Below, piece after piece: positions 55,724 through 64,000 of a stretch of DNA of 64,000 nt. A program made the translations under genes and the position numbers. Numbering within the stretch: the first letter of the stretch is position 1; every line of letters begins with the position of its first letter. Location of the stretch: IMG/VR virus record IMGVR_UViG_3300031733_000001. One strand, written 5' to 3'. The notes beneath the pieces were generated by a model, which did no database searches, had not been told where the DNA came from, and worked only from the letters and a program-made list of their open reading frames with translations. Source of the stretch: an uncultured virus (IMG/VR IMGVR_UViG_3300031733_000001) (taxonomy: Duplodnaviria; Heunggongvirae; Uroviricota; Caudoviricetes).

Positions 55724-56061
55724 CCCTCCTTGCCTTCAAGCCAGATGATCCCGCCTTTGGTGTAGATGCGCTTGCGGTGTTTGCGTGTTCCTTTTACCGC
55801 CGTCATGCTCAAAGTGTCGGGGTCGATCTCGACGCAGAGGTTATAGCGATCGGACCAACTGAGCTTGCCCTCGACTACCTCACCCCGACGGTCGCATAGG
55901 GTGATCACTGACCCCACCATCCGGCGGATGGTTGAGTGCCAGTTGTCGTGGACATTCAGTAGATCCTTGAGGGCACGGACGTCCTTCTCGAGCCGTTCGA
56001 AGCGATCCTTGAGGCTTTGGAGCCGCTTCGACAGCCCCTCCAGTGACAGTTTCACAGGCAT
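55720..56061 (-). CDS. coiled coil plus Hfq/Sm-like protein
   Basis: G..VEGKLSWSDRYNLCV (Sm1-like) and IYTKGGI (Sm2-like); GGAG RBS. Confidence 0.6.
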   Translation of the reverse strand: MPVKLSLEGLSKRLQSLKDRFERLEKDVRALKDLLNVHDNWHSTIRRMVGSVITLCDRRGEVVEGKLSWSDRYNLCVEIDPDTLSMTAVKGTRKHRKRIYTKGGIIWLEGKEG

Positions 56062-56085
56062 GTATTCTCCGAGGGCAGGGTATCG

Positions 56086-56114
56086 AGCATGGCTTGACCA
56101 AACGCTACTGACAA
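56086..56114 (-). promoter_or_regulatory. possible sigma70-like promoter of the replisome operon
   Basis: TTGTCA-N17-CATGCT on the minus strand. Confidence 0.4.
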
Positions 56115-56115
56115 G

Positions 56116-56162
56116 CCGCTAGATATGGGCCAAACCCGATACCGAACCACAACATGTTGTGG
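56116..56162. promoter_or_regulatory. tandem NrdR-box-like operators
   Basis: CCACAACATGTTGTGG (56147-56162) and CCGCTAGATATGGGCC (56116-56131), starts 31 bp apart; compared with consensus acaCwAtATaTwGtgt. Confidence 0.7.
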
Positions 56163-57287
56163 TTACGCGCTAGCCCTCTGGAGAACGCGGCCGGCGAGTG
56201 CCTCGAACTCGAACCGCTTGTCCATGTCGTCGTAGTCCTGCGCTGCCCTGGTGATCGCCTGGACCATGCCGTAGCCGGTCTTCAGCGGCTCCTTGGCGAA
56301 TGCCTTGATCGCGGCGTCGCGGAAGTGCTTCGGGGCCTCGAGCTTCTTCAGCTCGTCCTCGAGGAAGTTCTCGGGGTGCTCGATGATGACGGCCTGGGAA
56401 TCGGTGAGCAGCCTGCGGGTCTTCTCCCAGCGCAGCGGGGCCTTCTCGAAGACCTGGTTGAACTGGGCGTCGAGAGCGGCGTCCTCGATGGGGACGTGGC
56501 GCCGGTAGAGCAGGCGGGAATCGCCGGTCGTGATCATCATACCGTTCAAGCAGACGAGCCTGAAGGAGAACTCGTCGATGATCACGGCGGTGTAGCCGAC
56601 CTCGGAGTTGCGCATGGTGTAGCCGGGGTACACGATGTCGTCCTTCGGGAGCGCCCCTTCGCGTTCCGCGATGTCGTAGATGTGGCGCACCTCGGGGTCG
56701 GGGTGCTTGCGGTCGATGGCGCCCATGTTGATGGGCTGCCCGACCATCGTGTAGTACTGGCAATGGTCGTTGCCCCACCGGGACCTCTTGGACAGGTGCT
56801 TGTCCATGAAGCTGATCGTGTCGAGCTGGCCGATGAACTTCTTCTCCAGCCGGTCGAAGATGCGCTCGTCATCGATGGGGTGGTAGGTCGGCGACAGCAC
56901 CGCGCGTAGGTAGCCGTCGCAGTTGGGCACGCCAGGGGAGCCCTCCTTGAAGCGGTTGGTCCTGAGCTTCCGCTGGTCCTGGGTCTTGGAGAACCTGCGC
57001 TGCAGCTCCTGCTGGATCTCCTCGGCCTTGACCAGCTTCGGGTCGAACCACTTGCCCCACTGGACGCCGAGGATGGACCCCAGCTGCTTCTGCGCCCAGT
57101 CCGTCATCTTGAAGGTCCCCGTGCCGGGGATCTCCACGTTGAGCTCCGGAGTGATGCGCATGCGTTCCATCTCCAGAGTGACGTCCGGGTTCTTGAGCGC
57201 GGAGGCTGCCGCCACCTGCTCCCTGACGTCGTTAAACTTGCGGAGCTTCTTCGTCTGCTCCAAGCTGAGACCATTCATCATCTTCAC
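56163..57287 (-). CDS. DUF932-like phage protein
   Basis: RAVLS.TY..ID, NSEVG, FRLVCLNGM. Confidence 0.7.
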   Translation of the reverse strand: MKMMNGLSLEQTKKLRKFNDVREQVAAASALKNPDVTLEMERMRITPELNVEIPGTGTFKMTDWAQKQLGSILGVQWGKWFDPKLVKAEEIQQELQRRFSKTQDQRKLRTNRFKEGSPGVPNCDGYLRAVLSPTYHPIDDERIFDRLEKKFIGQLDTISFMDKHLSKRSRWGNDHCQYYTMVGQPINMGAIDRKHPDPEVRHIYDIAEREGALPKDDIVYPGYTMRNSEVGYTAVIIDEFSFRLVCLNGMMITTGDSRLLYRRHVPIEDAALDAQFNQVFEKAPLRWEKTRRLLTDSQAVIIEHPENFLEDELKKLEAPKHFRDAAIKAFAKEPLKTGYGMVQAITRAAQDYDDMDKRFEFEALAGRVLQRASA

Positions 57288-57567
57288 CCTCTATACCGGC
57301 TGTCTCCTCAAAGTGCCGGGGCAAAAGGTCCTGTTCCATGGAATCGATCAGGGCACGTAGCAGCTTCATCGTTGATTCGGACCAGTTGGTGGTGTAGGCG
57401 CTGCACTGCCCATGCGTCTCTTGAAGCACGTCGTTCCCGGTGGGTAGCTTCTCCAACCTCCCAAGGGCGTACTTGGCGTCCATGGTGATCGGCGTGCTGG
57501 GTAGGTTCTTGATGGTGACCTCCGCTACGTGGAGGCCGTTGATCTTGCACCTGCTGGCGGACTTCAT
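57232..57567 (-). CDS. hypothetical protein
   Basis: ATG just after the stop of 57572..57946; start uncertain. Confidence 0.55.
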   Translation of the reverse strand: MKSASRCKINGLHVAEVTIKNLPSTPITMDAKYALGRLEKLPTGNDVLQETHGQCSAYTTNWSESTMKLLRALIDSMEQDLLPRHFEETAGIEGEDDEWSQLGADEEAPQV

Positions 57568-57571
57568 GATG

Positions 57572-57946
57572 CTACCGCCGGCGGCTGGGGTGGTCAGACC
57601 GGATGTCGTCGTTCTTCTCGAAGTCCTCGAGGTAGATCCGCATCTCCTCCGCACCCTCGTACGACATGTTCTCGGCCATGCGCGCTACTTCCTCGCAGGC
57701 CGCCCGGATCTCGTCTTCGGACTGGCCGCAGACGACGCTGACGTTGACCGTGCTCTCGATCGTCAAGCCGCCCTTCTGCCCGCTGAACCATTCCTTGAAG
57801 CCGCGGGTGGCACTCACCCTGGCGTTGCCGTCTCCCAGGGGAAGCTCGGTGCTCTTCGTGCCCTTCATCTCCTTCCTCCTTTCTTCCCGCTCGTCGTACT
57901 TGTTGTAGACCCTGGCGGTCCCGTCGTATGTGACCTGGGCCTTCAC
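57572..57946 (-). CDS. hypothetical protein
   Basis: GTGA-coupled start; normal codon usage. Confidence 0.65.
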   Translation of the reverse strand: MKAQVTYDGTARVYNKYDEREERRKEMKGTKSTELPLGDGNARVSATRGFKEWFSGQKGGLTIESTVNVSVVCGQSEDEIRAACEEVARMAENMSYEGAEEMRIYLEDFEKNDDIRSDHPSRRR

Positions 57947-58422
57947 TCGAGCACCGGAAGAGCGGGGATGACGTAGGGTTTCGGGGTGCCGGGCAGGTTG
58001 GCTGGGTTCTGCTCGTCTTCGTGGTAGGCCTGCTCCACGATCTCGTTGTCGATCTCACCCTGCCGCATCATCTGCTCGAGTACCTCTCTGTTGACTTCGT
58101 AGATGACACGTTCGGTGAGGACCAGGTCCGACTGCTCGGCAGGCAGTGCCTTGGCCAGGTGGTCGGCATCGTAGTACCGCTTCCACTTCTTCTGGGCACC
58201 GAGGCCGTCGATGATCAGCTTGTCCTGGTCCAGGCTGCGCAGCTCGCTCTTGATGGCGCGCATGGCCTGGTCCAGCGTCTGGTTGTGCTCCTTGACGAGG
58301 TGCTCGTGCTCGAGCATGATCTCCCGAATCTCCGGGTCGGATAGGAAATCGAGCAGAGCGTCCTTCGCCTCGTGGAAGGCGCGCACGGCCCTCTGGGCCA
58401 CGGTCTCCCTGTCATTCGACAT
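57943..58422 (-). CDS. hypothetical helical protein
   Basis: GAGGAG RBS; coupled to its neighbours. Confidence 0.65.
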   Translation of the reverse strand: MSNDRETVAQRAVRAFHEAKDALLDFLSDPEIREIMLEHEHLVKEHNQTLDQAMRAIKSELRSLDQDKLIIDGLGAQKKWKRYYDADHLAKALPAEQSDLVLTERVIYEVNREVLEQMMRQGEIDNEIVEQAYHEDEQNPANLPGTPKPYVIPALPVLE

Positions 58423-59098
58423 CGGCTAGCTCCTCTCGGTTGGGGCGAGGGGTCCCGTAGTAGCCCTCGCGCAGGTAGTCGATCACGTTGCAGGCCAGTA
58501 CCCAGTCCTGCATGGTCTTGCCCCACGGTCCCTCCTTCCGGATGTCGTGGGTACGGTTGAGGAAAGCGGTGTGGTACATGGGGAGCACCGCGTATCTGAT
58601 CTCCGTGTGCCGCCCCTCCATGTGGAGGGTCTGCATGCGACCACGGATGCTCGCCATGGTCGGCGCCTTGCCCAGCAACACCTGCAGGGGCACCTTGCCG
58701 ATTGTGATGATCAACAGTGGGTCCACCTGGTAGATGATCTCCATCAGGCGGGGCTTGCAGGCCAACCGCTCGTCCTTGCTGGGCGGGCGGTTGTCGGTCC
58801 GCATCTCCCCGGTGCGGTCGTCGATGGACTCCAGGATAGGTCGGCAGCCTACTACGTTGGTCACGTAGAGGTCCTCCTCCCGGTTCAGGCCTACCGTCTC
58901 CAGGAACTGGTCGAGTATCTGCCCGGCGACCCCGATGAAGGGCCGGCCGGTATTGTCCTCGTTCTCACCAGGTCCCTCACCTACCACCAAGATGTCGGCA
59001 TTGGGGTTGCCGCCGCCAAAGACGACGCTCTTCCTGGTCTTGGATAGCTCACACCGGTTGCAGTTGATCCATTCGTCCTTGAGGTCCCGCAGGTTCAT
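58412..59098 (-). CDS. uracil-DNA glycosylase, family 4
   Basis: C-x2-C, VFGGGN..A.ILVVGEGPG..ED..GRPFIG.AG, TNVV.CRP, NRPP...E..AC, YH. True start ATG at 59098. Confidence 0.9.
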   Translation of the reverse strand: MNLRDLKDEWINCNRCELSKTRKSVVFGGGNPNADILVVGEGPGENEDNTGRPFIGVAGQILDQFLETVGLNREEDLYVTNVVGCRPILESIDDRTGEMRTDNRPPSKDERLACKPRLMEIIYQVDPLLIITIGKVPLQVLLGKAPTMASIRGRMQTLHMEGRHTEIRYAVLPMYHTAFLNRTHDIRKEGPWGKTMQDWVLACNVIDYLREGYYGTPRPNREELADVE

Positions 59099-59493
59099 AG
59101 CTTCAGGCCGTCTGCGTTGATGTTGCCTGCCAGCGTGATCCCTGCCCTCTCGGCGCGGTGCTTGAGTTCCGCACCGTCGCACTTCTCGATCTGCCCCAGG
59201 AGTACGCCGTAGCCTTCCTTGTCCTCGTCCGGCCAGAACCAGGAGACCGGTCTGATGACCATGCGGATCCCACCGCGGCTGATGCTGACAGGCGTCAGCA
59301 TGTTGCTCTGGTTCACACCTTGGGGTGTGGGCAGGACGATCGTCCGCATGGCCCTCGTCTCGGTCAGGGTCAGCTCTCGTCCCGCACGCAGGTTCTCGCG
59401 GATCTCTACTTCGTCCAGGTCGGTCTTCCCCACGTAGAAGATCTGAGGTGTGCCGTCGGACACCATGATCCACCGCTCTTTCCGTTCAGTCAT
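59095..59493 (-). CDS. hypothetical protein
   Basis: GGAGG RBS; coupled overlaps. Confidence 0.65.
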   Translation of the reverse strand: MTERKERWIMVSDGTPQIFYVGKTDLDEVEIRENLRAGRELTLTETRAMRTIVLPTPQGVNQSNMLTPVSISRGGIRMVIRPVSWFWPDEDKEGYGVLLGQIEKCDGAELKHRAERAGITLAGNINADGLKL

Positions 59494-60937
59494 TGACCAC
59501 CTCCTCGGTGTAGGGGCGGAGCACCTGGAATTCCAGAGGCCCGCCCTGCTCCTCCGGCCAGTTCTTGAGTTGTCGCTTGAGGGTGCTGCACATCCGGTGG
59601 AGTTTGGGGATGTAGATGAAGTCGAGGATCACCACCACTGGTGTCTTCTTGCCTTCCCTGAACCGTTGGATCCTACCCATCCCCTGCTGGAGGGTATTGA
59701 ACCCTCCCTCTTCTACCGCCGAACTGCCGAAAGCGGTCAGGAAGAACAGCGTGTCCAGCGTGTCCTCGTCCAGCGCCTCCTTCACCAGCTGGAGTGTTCC
59801 GAAGCTAAGTTGTTTGGTGCGTAACGTGACCAGGCGCGCATCTGGTTTCTCCCTTCCCGTGCAGAGTCCTGAGTCCTCAAACAACTCGTTGAGGTTCCGT
59901 AGTTGCTGGACGCTATGACTGAGCGCCAGCACCTTCCGTCCAGCCTCGAGAGGCTTGGCGAGCTTGGTGGCGATGAACTCGTTGCACTCGGGGAGACTCC
60001 CGAGATAGTTGCGCAACCTGGGTATGCTGAGTCTTCCAGCCTTGTCGTACACCTCCCGGATCACCTCGGGGTCCCGAGTGTCGATACGGATGGGGCACTG
60101 CTGGAAGTAGATCCTCGGCTTCATGTCTTGGGAGAGGTTGCTGTGGTAGGCCTCTCCCACGTGATATTGGTAGACGGACTCGAGTCCGTCCTCTCTGTTG
60201 ACCGTGGCCGTCAGGCCATGGCGCTCTCCGAAGAAGAGCGGCGCCGTCTGAACGAACAGCGGCGCGGATAGGTGGTGAACCTCATCGTAGATCACGAGGC
60301 CGAAGTAGCGGTCCATGCCTGGGGGAAGCTCCTCATGACGGAGCGCCAAGGAGTGGATCATGGCGAGACAGATACCACGACCTTCCCAGTCCCAGGTGTC
60401 AGGCGGTCCCTGGATGATGCCCACGCCTCCGGGCACTTCCAGGAACTCCTCGATGCGGTCCCGCCACTGGTTGATCAACGTGGTGTTGTTGACCACTACC
60501 AGGGCTGGGATCTTGCGGTGTGCGATGTGATGGAGCGCGACGATGGTCTTGCCTTTGCCGCAGGCCAGGTTCAGGAGGCCCCCGGTGGCCCGCTGCATGT
60601 CGGCGAAGGCGTCGTGCTGGGTCGTCTTCTCGGGCTCCAAGAAGTCCAGGGTGATCTTGCTCTCGAAGTCCACCGGCGGGAACGTGGTAGGTCCCGCGTT
60701 GATGATCGGGAAGTCCAGTCTCGCGTACTCCACGCGGTTCAGGAACTCCCTCGGAACGATTAGATGCTCCCCATCATCGAACCAGAGCTGCAGGTAGCTC
60801 ATGCCCTGGTCGTCTATAATGGGGAACTCCAATCCGGCCTTGATCGCCCTGGTGTTGATGCGTCGTTTCGGAAGCCAGAGCTGGCGACCGAAATATCCCT
60901 TGTCGGGATCTTTCCTGATCAGGCGGTAGGTCGCCAT
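59486..60937 (-). CDS. superfamily 2 (DExH) helicase
   Basis: LACGKGKT, DEVHH, GLTAT..REDG, QGMGRIQR. Confidence 0.9.
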   Translation of the reverse strand: MATYRLIRKDPDKGYFGRQLWLPKRRINTRAIKAGLEFPIIDDQGMSYLQLWFDDGEHLIVPREFLNRVEYARLDFPIINAGPTTFPPVDFESKITLDFLEPEKTTQHDAFADMQRATGGLLNLACGKGKTIVALHHIAHRKIPALVVVNNTTLINQWRDRIEEFLEVPGGVGIIQGPPDTWDWEGRGICLAMIHSLALRHEELPPGMDRYFGLVIYDEVHHLSAPLFVQTAPLFFGERHGLTATVNREDGLESVYQYHVGEAYHSNLSQDMKPRIYFQQCPIRIDTRDPEVIREVYDKAGRLSIPRLRNYLGSLPECNEFIATKLAKPLEAGRKVLALSHSVQQLRNLNELFEDSGLCTGREKPDARLVTLRTKQLSFGTLQLVKEALDEDTLDTLFFLTAFGSSAVEEGGFNTLQQGMGRIQRFREGKKTPVVVILDFIYIPKLHRMCSTLKRQLKNWPEEQGGPLEFQVLRPYTEEVVND

Positions 60938-60947
60938 GCGCCCTCCT

Positions 60948-60974
60948 AATTGTTAGGCACCGTGCCTAACAATT
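60948..60974. repeat. perfect 13-bp inverted repeat abutting the helicase RBS
   Basis: AATTGTTAGGCAC-C-GTGCCTAACAATT. Confidence 0.9.
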
Positions 60975-61024
60975 CCCAAGTGGTTGGTTTTGTTGAAGTT
61001 CGTTTCGTAGCTGATCAAAGGCAC

Positions 61025-61048
61025 GGGCTTACCTGCTCAGGTAAGCCC
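61025..61048. repeat. perfect 11-bp inverted repeat at the predicted transcription start
   Basis: GGGCTTACCTG-CT-CAGGTAAGCCC. Confidence 0.9.
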
Positions 61049-61078
61049 ATTTTATACATACGCTGTCTGCCCCGTCAA
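61049..61078 (-). promoter_or_regulatory. strong sigma70-like promoter
   Basis: TTGACG-N18-TAAAAT on the minus strand. Confidence 0.65.
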
Positions 61079-61404
61079 CGGATTCTGTAGCGCCGCCAGA
61101 ACTGCCAGGCCTCATGGAAGACGCCCCGCAGGCCGCCGGCAACGCAGTCCTTGGCGAACCTCTCGATCGGTTTCTCGTGGTCTCCCACGATGCCCGGCTC
61201 GTACTCGGCGGCGTCCACGTTCTCGTCCCTGTAGCGTGGACGAGCCACTGGGGCGCTGGAGCCATAGTGCCTGGTCTTGTTGATCTCAGATCTGCAGGAG
61301 TGCTTGAACCTGCACTCGGCGCACTCCGGGTCGTGGAGATCGTAGCTTCTGGCGTTGCCCCAGCAGTTGGGGCGGTGTTCGCCAACGTGATCTGCGTAGC
61401 CCAA
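61075..61404 (-). CDS. Cys-rich hypothetical protein
   Basis: TTG start with AGGAGG RBS; CWG...C..C....C. Confidence 0.7.
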   Translation of the reverse strand: MGYADHVGEHRPNCWGNARSYDLHDPECAECRFKHSCRSEINKTRHYGSSAPVARPRYRDENVDAAEYEPGIVGDHEKPIERFAKDCVAGGLRGVFHEAWQFWRRYRIR

Positions 61405-61480
61405 AAGATCCTCCTATCGGCTAGTTTGGTGCCCTGAGTTCGGAAGTCTTATAACAGCACCTCTTGATTTTTTGCTTGGG

Positions 61481-61510
61481 TTGACCCCACGGTGGGGAGA
61501 GACGTAGTAT
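61481..61510 (+). promoter_or_regulatory. sigma70-like promoter
   Basis: TTGACC-N18-TAGTAT, same layout as 23129-23158. Confidence 0.6.
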
Positions 61511-61533
61511 CATTGGGGATCACAGGAGCAACT

Positions 61534-62802
61534 ATGCACAGCGGAGCGATCATCGATTTCTACGATGACCCACAGGGTCTTGTCCTGAAAGAAAAGCTGG
61601 CGGCCGATCAGGTCCCGGACTTCATCAAGGAAGCGCAGTTCCTGGACGAGAGCCACCGCTCCCGCCTCCCGGACGACGTGTTCGCTCTGGTCATGCTGGA
61701 CCAGGGAGCCCCCATGCGGAAGTACGCCTGCACCGACAAGGGGAACACGGCCCTCAGCGTGATCTACCTCATGGAGAACCACCACAAGCTGCCGGAGTCC
61801 GCCGTGAAGACGGCCGCGGTCAATCTGTTGACCGCGTGTGGGTGGCACCATCTCGAGCCACCGGTCGGCCTCAAGAAGCTGGCCTTCGGTGCGGTGGGCA
61901 AGCTGCTCAACATCGGCGGCAGCGCCATGCATATGGGCGACGTGGTGAGTCGTGGTGCCCAGAGGCACGCCAACAAGATGCGCGGTCTCGGCAAGTTCGG
62001 TGACCTGGCCGGGTCCAACGTCATGCCCAACCAGTCCACCAAGGAGGACGAGGACACGAAGGCGCAGGAGAAGACCGCCGCCTTCCAGCCCTACGTGGAT
62101 GTCACCGGCATGGAGCCACCCCCGAGGATCGAGAAGCGGGCCGGCGAGCGGTTCTGCCTGGTGAAGGAGGGCCGTGGGCAGTACCCGATCGACACCTACG
62201 GGGAGGTGATGGAGGCGCAGCAGTGGTTCAACGACTACGGCGACACCCTCCACCCGGAGGACCGACGGGAGTTCTGCACCAAGCTGGCCTCCCGGGCTGA
62301 CGAGATCGGCCTCTCGGTCATCGATCGGATTCGGAAGTATGCCGGCGCCAACTACGCCCCGGACGGTGAGATCAAGGTCGGTGTTTCCACCAGGATGCAG
62401 TTCTGGGCGGACGACGCGCCGGAGCGGGACATGCTCCAGGGCCTGATGGACAAGTACGCCGAGATCTCTCCCGACGTTTTCTGTCAGGCGCTTCGCGAGT
62501 TCGATGAGGCCACAGGCCTCGATCACTACTGGGACACCGGGATCTACGATCCCTACTACACCACCTTCGGCTTCGAGAAGACGGCCGAGTGGACCTTCGA
62601 GCACATGAGCGACCGAATCACGGAAGAGCGGTTGCGTCATGTGGTCCACGCCAGCTATCCTGCGATCGTCGAGAAGTTCGGGGAGGAGCTGGCGGACTCG
62701 CTGAAGAAGAACCCGACAACGATTTTCGATTCCCTCCCGCTGGATGCCAAGCGTATCATCATGCGGATGGCGAACGATCCACAACTAACCTTCCGTCACT
62801 AG
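61534..62802 (+). CDS. K-x-A-rich protein with two DUF6582-like segments (putative prohead core protein)
   Basis: AGGAG RBS before ATG 61534; LPDDVFAL...RKY and FCL....QYPIDTY..V..A..WF; about 11 K-x-A tripeptides. Confidence 0.65.
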   Translation: MHSGAIIDFYDDPQGLVLKEKLAADQVPDFIKEAQFLDESHRSRLPDDVFALVMLDQGAPMRKYACTDKGNTALSVIYLMENHHKLPESAVKTAAVNLLTACGWHHLEPPVGLKKLAFGAVGKLLNIGGSAMHMGDVVSRGAQRHANKMRGLGKFGDLAGSNVMPNQSTKEDEDTKAQEKTAAFQPYVDVTGMEPPPRIEKRAGERFCLVKEGRGQYPIDTYGEVMEAQQWFNDYGDTLHPEDRREFCTKLASRADEIGLSVIDRIRKYAGANYAPDGEIKVGVSTRMQFWADDAPERDMLQGLMDKYAEISPDVFCQALREFDEATGLDHYWDTGIYDPYYTTFGFEKTAEWTFEHMSDRITEERLRHVVHASYPAIVEKFGEELADSLKKNPTTIFDSLPLDAKRIIMRMANDPQLTFRH

Positions 62803-62811
62803 GAGAGGATC

Positions 62812-63567
62812 ATGGCAAGAGAGAGCAAAGCATTTGGCAGCCAGCGCGGCCAGAAGGAGCACCTGACCAAGGGCAAGGGCGGCGTGGCCGGCGAGGTGGA
62901 GGACCTCCGCAACGATGTGGAGGAGGGCTTCCAGAACTTCGAGGCCCGCATCGGTTATCCCGAGCTGGACCTGCACGACCAGTCGGTCAGCGACGTCGTG
63001 GCCGCCGGCGGTGACATCGTCCTCGTTGGCCGCGAGCTGTTGCAGGGCCAGACGTTCGACAAGATCAACATCACCGAGGGCACGGTCGACCTGCTGATCG
63101 AGATGTTGAAGCCCGGCAAGTCAAACGTCAGGGTGGTGTTCACGACTGGGGCGGGCGGTCTGGTCATCGACCTCACCAATGACCTCCTGACCATCGAGCT
63201 GCCGGCGGCGGGTCAGGACACCGTGGACAACATCGCCACGGCCATCAACGCCGACGGCGCCGATACCGAGGGCATCATCCGTGCCAGCATGGTGGCTGGC
63301 ACCGGCAACAACATCACCCAGGCAGGTCAGGGTACGGCCGAGATCCCTCTGGCTGGGGGAGACGGCGACTACGACTACAACAAGGTCATGGTCGGTGGTC
63401 TCGAGGCTCTGCCCGCCAACGAGACGGGGACGACCAGCGTGGCGAAGTGGACCAACACCTCGCTCAAGGTCACGACGCAGGCCGTGGGTGCCGCCGCCGA
63501 CCACGTGCAGATCACCGTGATGTCGGATGGGAAGAGGACGCAGGCTCTGACTGCAGTGCTCGCGTAG
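62812..63567 (+). CDS. putative virion structural protein
   Basis: AGGAG RBS; TVDNIATAINA, LAGG.G sheath/IN-like insertion module. Confidence 0.65.
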   Translation: MARESKAFGSQRGQKEHLTKGKGGVAGEVEDLRNDVEEGFQNFEARIGYPELDLHDQSVSDVVAAGGDIVLVGRELLQGQTFDKINITEGTVDLLIEMLKPGKSNVRVVFTTGAGGLVIDLTNDLLTIELPAAGQDTVDNIATAINADGADTEGIIRASMVAGTGNNITQAGQGTAEIPLAGGDGDYDYNKVMVGGLEALPANETGTTSVAKWTNTSLKVTTQAVGAAADHVQITVMSDGKRTQALTAVLA

Positions 63568-63573
63568 TAGGGT

Positions 63574-64000
63574 GTGCCCACCCATGAGGAACAGCTGCTG
63601 GCCATCCTGGAGAAGGTTGGCCAGCCGGAGGAGATCTCCGCGGAGGTCCCCTCTGTCCTGGATGCCGACGCTCCAGAGGGCCCACATCTAGAGACGTCGG
63701 GCCCGTCGGAGGACCCGAACGACATCCCGGAGGACCTGGAAGGTCCGGACCAGGTTCTTGCGCCCATCACACGCAAGAACCTGTTCGTCCACCACGACAC
63801 CCACCCAGTGATCTTCGACCTTGCCCTGCTGGCGGCCTACCAGACCGACTGGTTCGAGTGGGAGCCGGTGACGTTGTGGAAGGAGATCATGGAGGACTTC
63901 CGGGTCCCGTCCATCAGCGACCACGCCAAGGCCAAGATCCAGGCCATCAAGACCCTCCATATCAACGAGTGGTTCTTCACGAAGTGGGAGGTCTTCTGCT
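63574..64000 (+). CDS. 3'-truncated hypothetical protein (MPTHEEQLLAILEKVG...)
   Basis: GTG start; frame open to the window end; acidic N-terminus then WFEWEP. Confidence 0.7.
   Translation, partial: MPTHEEQLLAILEKVGQPEEISAEVPSVLDADAPEGPHLETSGPSEDPNDIPEDLEGPDQVLAPITRKNLFVHHDTHPVIFDLALLAAYQTDWFEWEPVTLWKEIMEDFRVPSISDHAKAKIQAIKTLHINEWFFTKWEVFC

Noticed and set aside
58412..59473. 353-aa UDG with a long N-terminal extension, as in the ORF track
   Set aside because: The extension overlaps 59095..59493 in another frame; the UDG domain starts at ATG 59098, coupled to that gene's stop.
1..64000. tRNA, rRNA, integrase, transposase or alternative genetic code
   Set aside because: None recognised by eye. 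Genes tile tightly under the standard code with TAG, TGA and TAA all used as stops. A tRNAscan/Infernal run would be needed to exclude small RNAs.

Overview
GC-rich, gene-dense segment of a large tailed bacteriophage, most likely contractile-tailed (baseplate J-like and gp25-like genes). The + strand from 1 to about 44.6 kb carries virion genes: head/tail fibre-like proteins, Ig- and lectin-rich baseplate and tail proteins, and a beta-helix tailspike. It also carries two membrane/lysis-like clusters and two clusters of basic, low-complexity or enzymatic proteins that share a 10-residue F-x-D-E-[LM]-E-K-[IV]-[AGS] signature and K-x-A sites. The - strand from about 44.6 to 61.4 kb is a replication/recombination block: family A polymerase, gp32-like SSB, DnaG-like primase, DnaB-like helicase, RecA, Cas4-like and Hjc-like nucleases, RusA, HU, family-4 UDG, SF2 helicase, DUF932-like and Hfq/Sm-like proteins. 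A new + strand unit starts at about 61.5 kb. No capsid, terminase, sheath, tRNA, CRISPR or integrase was recognised. Highlights: a candidate capsid-targeting/processing tag on injected cargo (LigD-type phosphoesterase-ligase, InPase, glycine-zipper polyproteins); tandem NrdR-like boxes ahead of the replisome operon; a canonical-looking -1 frameshift in a non-tail gene; a standalone MshEN (c-di-GMP-type) protein next to a holin-like gene; and a three-way alternative-hairpin element. All family calls come from motif recognition by eye; no database searches were run.
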